Assembly: GCA_965198225.1 (NCBI GenBank)
Contig: CBDAOY010000005.1
Span: 352,001 to 416,000, forward strand
Direction: 5' to 3'
Source of the DNA: Terriglobia bacterium
GTDB taxonomy: Bacteria > Acidobacteriota > Terriglobia > 20CM-2-55-15
DNA: 64,000 nt
Every line of letters begins with the position of its first letter. The stretch's first letter is position 1. Of the stretch, positions 40,023 through 47,765 are shown piece after piece. The position numbers and the translations under genes are program-made. The notes under the pieces were generated by a model, which did no database searches, was not told the DNA's origin, and saw nothing but the letters and a program-made list of their open reading frames with translations.

Positions 40023-40055
40023 GGGATGTCCGTCAGGACACCCCACCAGGGTTCC

Positions 40056-41342
40056 TCACGCCCGGATTTCCGAAGCAAGGATATCGATCGCCTTGTCCAG
40101 TTGACGCGGCATGATGTAGTAGGGACACGAAAAACGGATCGAAGCCTGCTCTCCGTCTCTGCCGTCGGAAATATTGAACCAGACTCGGTGCTCCTTCCAT
40201 ATTGCCTCGCCGCGAGCTCTGAGCTTCTCGATCGGTATCCGCACCTTGACCATCGCGGCCGCCAGGTCCGGCGGTGGACCGCTCATGAATGAAACGTCAC
40301 CCACTTCGTGGATCTTTCGACGGACGTAATTGGCCAGGTATTGATGCCTCTGGTGGATCGTTTCCGGACCGAGCTGTTCGGCAAACTCGATCGCGGTTTC
40401 AAGACCGGCCAGGACGGTCGTGTTCGAGGTTCCGATCGTGCTCAATCGTTCGACGCCGAGTTCGGGCCTGTCCCAATTGCTGGAGACGGTGTGTCCCCAG
40501 AGTCGGTCGGCCATTCCCTGGCGGCAATACAGAAACCCGGTACCTTTGGGAGCGAACAACCATTTGTGCGGGCTGCTGGCGTAGAAATCACAGCCGAGTG
40601 AGTGCATGTCCAGCGGCAACTGTCCCATGGCATGGGCGCCATCGATCACACTGATGATGCCGCGGTCGCGGGCCAGGCGGGATATCTCACGAACCGGCAG
40701 CATCCCCCCCGTCGACGTCGTGATGTGGCTGATGCTGATCACTTTCGTGCGGGGGGTGATCGCGTCCTCGACGGCCTGCAGGATCTCGGCGGGACTCTCA
40801 GGAGGTACAGGTATCTTGAAATAGCGCACCGCGATACCGTAGCGCTTCTCGCGCTGCAGCCACGGACTGCGCCCCCCGGGATGTTCCTGGTCGCTGAGGA
40901 GCACTTCGTCTCCGGCTTCGAGTTCCAAACCAGTCCCGACCGTGTTCATCCCCTCCGTGGCGTTCCGCGTCAGAGCGATTTCGTCGGGATCCGCACCCAC
41001 GAACGCTGCAATCTTGGTGCGCGTATTCAGCGTCGTGTTGGCATACCCCCACCACGGGTAGGTATTGAATTCGCGATCCTCGAAGCTCTCCGTGTCGTGC
41101 AGATGGCGAATCATACGATCGACGACCGGACGCGGCGATATTCCCAGGCTTCCGTTGTTGAGGTAGATCACGTCTTCGGGGTGTGAGAACTGCCCTCGCA
41201 CGACCTCCCAGAATCGCTCGTCCTGCGGCAGCGCACCGGGACGAGGCGTCGCTCCGAGCGGCTCTCCCAGTGCGCCGAGCGCTGTCGTCGCTGGGAGCGC
41301 AGTCGTCGCTCCCACCAGAGACAAAAAGTGTCGACGGTCCAT
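40056..41342 (-). CDS. Tat-exported class V PLP aminotransferase-fold protein (isopenicillin-N-epimerase-like)
   Basis: MDRRHFL Tat motif; YLNNG, NATEG, DGAH, SPHKW (PLP Lys). Confidence 0.88.
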   Translation of the reverse strand: MDRRHFLSLVGATTALPATTALGALGEPLGATPRPGALPQDERFWEVVRGQFSHPEDVIYLNNGSLGISPRPVVDRMIRHLHDTESFEDREFNTYPWWGYANTTLNTRTKIAAFVGADPDEIALTRNATEGMNTVGTGLELEAGDEVLLSDQEHPGGRSPWLQREKRYGIAVRYFKIPVPPESPAEILQAVEDAITPRTKVISISHITTSTGGMLPVREISRLARDRGIISVIDGAHAMGQLPLDMHSLGCDFYASSPHKWLFAPKGTGFLYCRQGMADRLWGHTVSSNWDRPELGVERLSTIGTSNTTVLAGLETAIEFAEQLGPETIHQRHQYLANYVRRKIHEVGDVSFMSGPPPDLAAAMVKVRIPIEKLRARGEAIWKEHRVWFNISDGRDGEQASIRFSCPYYIMPRQLDKAIDILASEIRA

Positions 41343-41378
41343 ATTCCACCTCCGTTTTTTTTGGGAAAGCGCTGGGCG

Positions 41379-41403
41379 CTAGTGACCTGTTACAGGCCAC
41401 TCG
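41379..41403. mobile_element. 25-bp empty/fused-end form (reverse orientation)
   Basis: CTAGTGACCTGTTACAGGCCACTCG = reverse complement of 15654-15678 with one mismatch. Confidence 0.7.
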
Positions 41404-41527
41404 TTTGCGAGCGATTCTACCACCGAATCGATGCCGACTCTCCGCGCGGACAGGTCGAACGGAATCGACAAAATGGTACTGTTCCCCGGGTAAACTTCGC
41501 CCCTGTTGACATCCCACCATCTATCGC

Positions 41528-41556
41528 TTGACACCCTACCCCGCCCTCCCTACCAT
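41528..41556 (+). promoter_or_regulatory. sigma70 promoter for the kinase-phosphatase-NTT operon
   Basis: TTGACA-N17-TACCAT. Confidence 0.6.
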
Positions 41557-41626
41557 GCAGGCAACCGTATCTCAGTGACAGAAAAGGATGTACGGGTCGA
41601 TGTCGGCTCGCAAGGAGATCCCCTCC

Positions 41627-42448
41627 ATGAATAGTACGAACTGCCGCATGAGAACCCTACTGGCGCTTCTGGCGTTGGGCCCGATCGCCTCCTGGACCAG
41701 CGCCCAGGAGGGCGTGAAGTTCCAGGGGCCGGAGATCGAGCAGTTCATGGCCGAAGCCTCGATCACGGGGATGGTCGACATCGGAGAGGGCGTCACGCGA
41801 CCGCAGAAGGCGACGCTGGAACTTGACGGGGAAACGCAACACGGCGTTTTCAAAACCGTCGACATCTTCCGCGAAGGTATGACGAGGGTCGGCGACACCA
41901 TGGAGATGAACTTCCAGGATAGCTACAAGACCGAGATCGCGGCTTATGAAATCGATCGCCTGATCGGGCTCGGTATGGTGCCGACAACGCTGGAGAGGTC
42001 GTACCGCGGGGATATGGGATCTCTGCAATGGTGGGTCGAGAGCGAAATGTCGGAGGCCGACAGGGCACAGGGCCGCATCCTGCCGCCGGACCGCCAGAGC
42101 TGGGGTCGGATGATGTCGAAGGTCCGGCTCTTCGACAGCCTGATCTACAACACGGACCGCCATCAACGGAACATCCGGATCACGAAGGACTGGATCATCG
42201 TCCTGATCGATCATTCACGTGCCTTCCGTACCGAAAAGGAGTTGCGAGAGCCTGAGCGGATCACGCTATTCTCCAGGTCGTTGCTGGAGAATATTGCTAG
42301 ACTGGACGAAGATACGTTGAAGGACCGTGTCGGAAGGCACCTGACGATCTTTCAGATCCGAGCCGTGCTGGCCCGACGTGATCTTCTACTCGAACGAGCC
42401 AAAGAACTGGTCGCCGAACGGGGAGAGGAAAGGGTCCTTTTCCCCTGA
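41627..42448 (+). CDS. Secreted PI3K/PI4K- or Fam20-like atypical kinase (paralog 2)
   Basis: AAGGAG RBS; signal peptide MNSTNCRMRTLLALLALGPIASWTSA/Q; GEGVT, VFK, EIAAY, DRHQRN, LIDH. Confidence 0.85.
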   Translation: MNSTNCRMRTLLALLALGPIASWTSAQEGVKFQGPEIEQFMAEASITGMVDIGEGVTRPQKATLELDGETQHGVFKTVDIFREGMTRVGDTMEMNFQDSYKTEIAAYEIDRLIGLGMVPTTLERSYRGDMGSLQWWVESEMSEADRAQGRILPPDRQSWGRMMSKVRLFDSLIYNTDRHQRNIRITKDWIIVLIDHSRAFRTEKELREPERITLFSRSLLENIARLDEDTLKDRVGRHLTIFQIRAVLARRDLLLERAKELVAERGEERVLFP

Positions 42449-42465
42449 CGGAAGTCAAAGATTGA

Positions 42466-43725
42466 ATGGTTCTTAGATCCCTAACGAAACGCGATCTCGG
42501 CCGAACCCCGCTGGCGGTCCTGCTGCTTCTGGCACTGGCGTCGGTCGTCTTTTCCGGTGTCCTTGCCGGCGAACGCATCGTGTCGATGGCCGACATCCAC
42601 GGCAATTACGCTTCGGCAACCGCGCTTCTGCGAAAGACCGGCCTGATCGACGACGAAGCGCGGTGGGTCGGCGGCAAGACCACGTTTGTCCAGACCGGAG
42701 ACTATACCGACCGGGGTCCCGAGGTACGACGGGTGATGGACCTCCTGATGGATCTCGAAGAACAGGCGCAGAAGGCTGGTGGGCGAGCTGTCGTCCTGAT
42801 CGGCAACCACGAGATCATGAATATCATCGGCGAGTTGGTGGACGTCACAGAGGCCGACTACGCCAGCTTCGTCGACTCGCGATCCGAAGACCGACGGCAA
42901 GACGCTTATGAAGACTTCCTGAAGTTCGAGAAGCGCCGCGCGGAAAAGCTCGACCTGCCCTCACCAGCGCCCACGCCCGAAACCGAAGCCGCCTGGATGG
43001 CGGCGCATCCGCCGGGGTTCGTCGAACACCGCGAAGCATTCTCCTCGAAAGGCCGGTACGGGAAATGGTTGCGCGAACTTCCGGTCATTGCGAAAGAAGA
43101 AGACGTCATCTTCATGCATGCCGGCATCAACCCGCTTCTGTCCGAGATTTCGATCAAAGACCTCAACGCGCGAGTTCAGGAAGAACTCCGGGCTTTCGAC
43201 CAGTACAAGCAATACCTGGTCGATCGAGAACTGGCCCTCCCTTTCTTCACGCTGGGGGAACTGATCCGAGCGACGCAGGATGATCTCGAGAAGAGGCGAG
43301 CGCGCATCGCACGAGAGACGGCGGCGGAGGAGGAGGACGGGAAGACCTACTCTCCGCCCCGCGACGAGCAAAACCATATGAACGTGCTCGAAACCATCCT
43401 CGGGATGGGCAGCTGGCTGATCATCCATGAAGACGGCGTGCTCTGGTACCGGGGGTTTGCGCAGTGGAACGAAGTCGAGGGCGCCGCCGGTATCGAAAAA
43501 CTTCTCGACGCGTACGACGCCGATCATTTTGTCGTCGGACATACGCCGCAGGTTGGCGGACGCATACAGTCCCGCTTCGACGGCAAAATATTCCTGGCGG
43601 ATACCGGTATGCTGTCGAGCGTGTACCGCGGCGGCCAAGCCTCGGCGCTGGAATTCCAGGATGGCGCAATTCGGGCGATCTACCTGGATCGGGACCCCGT
43701 ACAGCTATATCCTTCCGCCCACTAG
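42466..43725 (+). CDS. Secreted calcineurin-like/PPP metallophosphoesterase (Shewanella-like phosphatase type)
   Basis: Signal peptide; DIHG, GDYTDRG, GNHE, HAG, GHT, ADTGM. Confidence 0.9.
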   Translation: MVLRSLTKRDLGRTPLAVLLLLALASVVFSGVLAGERIVSMADIHGNYASATALLRKTGLIDDEARWVGGKTTFVQTGDYTDRGPEVRRVMDLLMDLEEQAQKAGGRAVVLIGNHEIMNIIGELVDVTEADYASFVDSRSEDRRQDAYEDFLKFEKRRAEKLDLPSPAPTPETEAAWMAAHPPGFVEHREAFSSKGRYGKWLRELPVIAKEEDVIFMHAGINPLLSEISIKDLNARVQEELRAFDQYKQYLVDRELALPFFTLGELIRATQDDLEKRRARIARETAAEEEDGKTYSPPRDEQNHMNVLETILGMGSWLIIHEDGVLWYRGFAQWNEVEGAAGIEKLLDAYDADHFVVGHTPQVGGRIQSRFDGKIFLADTGMLSSVYRGGQASALEFQDGAIRAIYLDRDPVQLYPSAH

Positions 43726-43740
43726 CGTCCCCGATCATTC

Positions 43741-46503
43741 ATGTCGCACTGGGTTGAACGACTGTTGAACTTGCGCCGTGGCGACCTGGCCCGCGGCATC
43801 CTCTTCTTTGCCTATTACTTCCTGATCGTCGCGAGCTACGTGGTCGGCAAGATCGGCCGAGATGCTCTTTTTCTGGACCGGTTCGCGCCGGATCAGCTTC
43901 CCTACGTCGACATATCCATCGCCGTGTTGGTGGGCTTCGTCATCGCAGCCTACATCCGTGCCGGCCACCGGGTCGGAATGCACAAACTGTTGACCGGAAG
44001 CTTGATCTCCTTCGCAGGCATCGCGGTCTTCTTCTGGTGGGCGTTCATCAGCTTCCGATGGGACTGGCTCTTCCCGGCGCTCTATATCTGGGTCGGTATC
44101 TTCGGTGTACTTGCCATCACGCAGGTGTGGACTCTGGCCAACTTCATGTTGACCACACGCGAGGCCAAGCGCCTGTTCGGCCTGGTCGGCAGCGGGGGGA
44201 TCCTCGGCGGTATTTTCGGGGGCTTCATATCGAACTCCACGGCGCGTAACCTCGGGACTGAGAGCCTGCTGCTGGTCCTGGCGCTGTTCCTCGGCATCTG
44301 CGTCGTCCTGGTGCTGCTGATCTGGCGACAACACCAGGCCGAGGTCCCGGAAGACGAGCCTCTGGTGCCGATCGCCGAAGGTCCGCGAAACTTGTTCGAG
44401 AGCTTTCGGTTGATGCTGTCCTCGCGGCACCTCACCTCGATCGCCGCTCTGATATGCGTGACGTCGATCGTCACGACCGCGGCCGGGTGGCAGTTCAAGG
44501 CCATAGCGAAGGAAACGATTGTCGAAACGGATGCGCTCGCCGCATTCTTCGGTTCGTTTCAGGGGTACGCCGGCGCTCTCTCGCTTGCAGCTCAGCTGTT
44601 GCTGACCTCGCGTATTCTCCAACGGTTCGGCGTGGGACTCGCACTGTTCATCCTGCCCGTGACGCTGACGCTGGGTTCAGCAGGTGTCCTCGTTTTTGGC
44701 GGCATCTGGGCGGCCACGTTCCTCAAGGGAAGCGACAATGTCCTGCGGTATTCGATCGACACTTCCGCCCTCCAACTGCTCTACCTGCCGGTTCCGTCGT
44801 CCGTCAAGATGCAGGTCAAATCGTTGATCGATACCGTCATCTGGAGGTTCGGGGACGGGTTCGCAGGTCTTACTCTGCTGGTGTTCGCGACCTTCCTGAA
44901 CTTCACGCCGAGTCAGATCAGCTGGGTCAACCTGGTTTTCCTCGGCCTCTGGTTTGTCCTCGCCGACATCGCACGCCGGCAATATGTCGCGACTCTTGGA
45001 GAACGGATCCAGGAGCATCGCATCGACGCCGAGAGCGCCGCCGCACCCGTCCTCGACAGATCGACTACGTCGATCATGGCTTCCAAGCTGGATTCGGCAG
45101 ACACCGAGGAGATCCTCTACGGATTGAGCCTGTTCGAAGTGGGGTACCACCAGACGTCCCATCCATCGATGCGAGGGCTCATCAAACACCCCTCGCCCGA
45201 AGTCCGTGCGAAGGCCCTGGCGATCTTGAACGCTGGGGGGGACCGATCGGTGGCTGACGACGTGGAAGAACTGCTGAGGGACGACGACCTCCAGGTCCGT
45301 ACCGAGGCCTTACTCTACCTCGCCCATCACTCGCACATCGACCCCGTCGCGCGCATTCAGGAGATCGTCGACTTTCCGGAGCACACGGTTCGTTCATCGA
45401 TCGCCGCGTTTCTGGCTCGCCCGGGAAATGCCCAGAACCTCGAAGTATCTCGGATGATGCTGGACATGATGATCGACGAAGCGGGACCCGACGGAAAACA
45501 GGTACGGCTGGAGGCGGCGCGGCTGATCGGGACGATGCCTGAGGATTTCGAAGAACAGCTGGCACGCTCGCTGCGCGACAAAGACCCGGAAATCGCCCGC
45601 GAAGCGATCCAGGCAGCCGGCCGACTCGGGAAACGTCGGTTCGTGCCGGACCTGCTCGAGCATTTGTCGGTTCCCGACTGTCGGGAATCGGCCACGGAAT
45701 CTCTGGCTGGGTTCGGCAATCGGATTCTCGGAACACTCCGGGACTACATGGCCGATGAAGAGATCCCGATAGAGGTCCGGCGCCAGATCCCAATGGTTAT
45801 GGTCGTCCTCGGCAGCGAAGAGGCCCAGGCTCTGCTGGTCGAAAACCTGTTCCAGGGTAACTCCGAGTTGCGATTCCGGATCATCTCCGCACTCAACAAG
45901 TTTCGAAACGGCCACCCCGAGATCAGGCTCGACACTCAGATGGTCGAGACGGTACTGGCGGCAGAGATCCTCGGACACTACCGGTCCTACCAGGGCCTGG
46001 GCGCGCTGGCCGGAAAACTCGATCGCGAAGACCCTGCCATGCGGGCGCTCGCGGAGTCGATCGACCAGGAGGTGGAACGAATCTTCCGGCTGCTCGGAAT
46101 ACTGTTCCCCAAACACGACCTCCACGCGGCGCATATCGGGCTTCGTGCCGGTGACTCCGTCGTTCACGACAACGTGCTGGAGTTCCTCGACAACACGCTG
46201 CGGCCCGAGTTGAGAGAGCTGTTGGTTCCGTTGGTCGACAGCGGAATTCGGCTCGAGGAACGTGTCCGTCGCGCCGACGCCCTGCTTGGCACCAGGGTGG
46301 AAACGTCCGAAGAGGCCGTCTCGATGCTGATCCACAGCGGCGATCCGTGGTTGCGTTCTTGCGCTGCATACGCGATTGGCGCCCTCGGACTCCGATCGAT
46401 GGAAGCGGAGTTGGAGGCCTGGGAAAATGACCCGGACCCGTTGCTGGTCGAAACGGTGCGGCAGGCCAGGGAAAAGCTGTCTACGGGCGCAGCGGGGGAC
46501 TAG
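43741..46503 (+). CDS. TLC/NTT (Npt1/Npt2-like) nucleotide translocase domain fused to HEAT repeats
   Basis: RDALFL, WTLAN...EAKRLFG, LRYSID...LLYLP...KSLID...RFGD over ~12 TM; HEAT-like VRAKAL, VRTEAL, DPWLRSCAAYAIG. Confidence 0.85.
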   Translation: MSHWVERLLNLRRGDLARGILFFAYYFLIVASYVVGKIGRDALFLDRFAPDQLPYVDISIAVLVGFVIAAYIRAGHRVGMHKLLTGSLISFAGIAVFFWWAFISFRWDWLFPALYIWVGIFGVLAITQVWTLANFMLTTREAKRLFGLVGSGGILGGIFGGFISNSTARNLGTESLLLVLALFLGICVVLVLLIWRQHQAEVPEDEPLVPIAEGPRNLFESFRLMLSSRHLTSIAALICVTSIVTTAAGWQFKAIAKETIVETDALAAFFGSFQGYAGALSLAAQLLLTSRILQRFGVGLALFILPVTLTLGSAGVLVFGGIWAATFLKGSDNVLRYSIDTSALQLLYLPVPSSVKMQVKSLIDTVIWRFGDGFAGLTLLVFATFLNFTPSQISWVNLVFLGLWFVLADIARRQYVATLGERIQEHRIDAESAAAPVLDRSTTSIMASKLDSADTEEILYGLSLFEVGYHQTSHPSMRGLIKHPSPEVRAKALAILNAGGDRSVADDVEELLRDDDLQVRTEALLYLAHHSHIDPVARIQEIVDFPEHTVRSSIAAFLARPGNAQNLEVSRMMLDMMIDEAGPDGKQVRLEAARLIGTMPEDFEEQLARSLRDKDPEIAREAIQAAGRLGKRRFVPDLLEHLSVPDCRESATESLAGFGNRILGTLRDYMADEEIPIEVRRQIPMVMVVLGSEEAQALLVENLFQGNSELRFRIISALNKFRNGHPEIRLDTQMVETVLAAEILGHYRSYQGLGALAGKLDREDPAMRALAESIDQEVERIFRLLGILFPKHDLHAAHIGLRAGDSVVHDNVLEFLDNTLRPELRELLVPLVDSGIRLEERVRRADALLGTRVETSEEAVSMLIHSGDPWLRSCAAYAIGALGLRSMEAELEAWENDPDPLLVETVRQAREKLSTGAAGD

Positions 46504-46509
46504 GTAAGT

Positions 46510-46581
46510 CCGATTGCAAATCGCGATATTTGAGTAATCCGCATTGCAGGTTGCTCATTGGAGATTGCTTCATTTCAAATC
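46510..46581. repeat. Inverted copy of the 35249-35320 arm
   Basis: TTGCAAATCGCGATATT...CCGCATTGCAGGTTGCTCATTGG.ATTGCTTCATTTCA. Confidence 0.8.
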
Positions 46582-46622
46582 TTTGAGAACCAGTTTCGCC
46601 CAGATGGCGTAAGGAGGAACTC

Positions 46623-47591
46623 ATGCGATGCCGATTGTTTCTGATCACGCTGACCGTGCTGGTCGCCCTCAGCCTCGTGATCACCCCCGCGTCGAGAGGC
46701 CAGATGGGCCACATGAACAAGGTGGTCGACCTGCTCGAAAGCGGTCAGTCGATTTTTGGATCCTTCTCGGGATCACACGACGCGGCGGGCGCGGCGCAGA
46801 CGATCCAGAACCGGGATCTGGACTTCGTCTTCTACTCGATGGAAGCTCTCGGGCAGTACAACATCCCCAACCTCCGGGCGTTCATCCAGTTCATGAACGT
46901 GGCGGGCGTGATGGAGAACCGGTACGACATCCGCACGGAGTATCCGCTGCTGGTTCGGATTCCGCCGCTCGAGGACGACCGCGCGGCAGGTCCGCGGCGG
47001 GTGGGAGAGGTTCTCAACGCGGGGGCGCACGGCGTCGTCTTCCCACAGCTCAACTCCCCGGAAGATGCGAAGCTGGCGATCGATTCGATGAGGTACTCGG
47101 AGCTGCGCCAGACGCCGCAGGCTCGAGGACGCGGGGGTCGAGGCCGCGGAGGTCGAGGCGGACGTGGCGGGCGGGGAGCGGTCGCGCCGACGCCGATTCC
47201 AGCGGCTTCCTACTGGGGAATGTCCCAGGAAGAATACAGGGAACGCGCCGACGTCTGGCCCATCAACCCCAACGGTGAGTTGGTAAACATGTTTCTCATC
47301 GAAAACCAGGAGGGCATCGGGCACGCGAGGGAGATCGTTCGGACGCCGGGTGTCAGCATCGCTGTTCCCGGTCCAGGCGACCTCCGCCAGGCATACGAGG
47401 GCGACATGGAAGCGGTCGAGAATGCCATCCAGACGGTACTGGCAGCCTGCAAGGAGTTCGACGTCGCGTGCGGCATCACGGCGAATACGAATGACATCGA
47501 ACGGCGCCTATCTGAAGGTTTCCGGGTGATCATCGCCAACGCGGAAGCGAACCGCCTCGGGATGCGGGCGGCGGGACGACGAGACGACTAG
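46623..47591 (+). CDS. Signal-peptide HpcH/HpaI aldolase-fold protein with RGG-rich insert
   Basis: LLVRIP, GAHGVVFP, LIE...I...PGV...GPGDL; AAGGAGG RBS. Confidence 0.8.
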   Translation: MRCRLFLITLTVLVALSLVITPASRGQMGHMNKVVDLLESGQSIFGSFSGSHDAAGAAQTIQNRDLDFVFYSMEALGQYNIPNLRAFIQFMNVAGVMENRYDIRTEYPLLVRIPPLEDDRAAGPRRVGEVLNAGAHGVVFPQLNSPEDAKLAIDSMRYSELRQTPQARGRGGRGRGGRGGRGGRGAVAPTPIPAASYWGMSQEEYRERADVWPINPNGELVNMFLIENQEGIGHAREIVRTPGVSIAVPGPGDLRQAYEGDMEAVENAIQTVLAACKEFDVACGITANTNDIERRLSEGFRVIIANAEANRLGMRAAGRRDD

Positions 47592-47608
47592 CGTCGTCCC
47601 TTCGTCGG

Positions 47609-47676
47609 TGTAGGGGCGCTCTATGAGCGCACATGGTTTCGGCTCCACCAATGTGCGGTCACAGACCGCACCTACA
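47609..47676. repeat. GTAG-type REPIN, copy 3
   Basis: TGTAGGGGCGCTCTATGAGCGCAC...GTGCGGTCACAGACCGCACCTACA. Confidence 0.9.
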
Positions 47677-47683
47677 CTCTTAG

Positions 47684-47763
47684 CTCCCCTCCTTGGTCAT
47701 CAAGGAGGGGTGGCGCGAAGCGCCGGGGTGGTTCGACCAACGGACAACCAACAACGGCCTACG
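47684..47763. repeat. Additional hairpin (CTCCCCTCCTTG...CAAGGAGGGG-TGGCGCGAAGCGCC) plus heptamer arm (CAACGGCCTACG)
   Basis: Hairpins read directly; arm matches the 7307-7630 family. Confidence 0.65.
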
Positions 47764-47765
47764 TC

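Noticed and set aside
40056-41342. Selenocysteine lyase / cysteine desulfurase call
   Set aside because: Catalytic Cys loop motif not seen; the Tat signal is atypical for these enzymes.
35384-42448. Kinases as HipA-like toxins
   Set aside because: Both have signal peptides and there is no adjacent HTH antitoxin.
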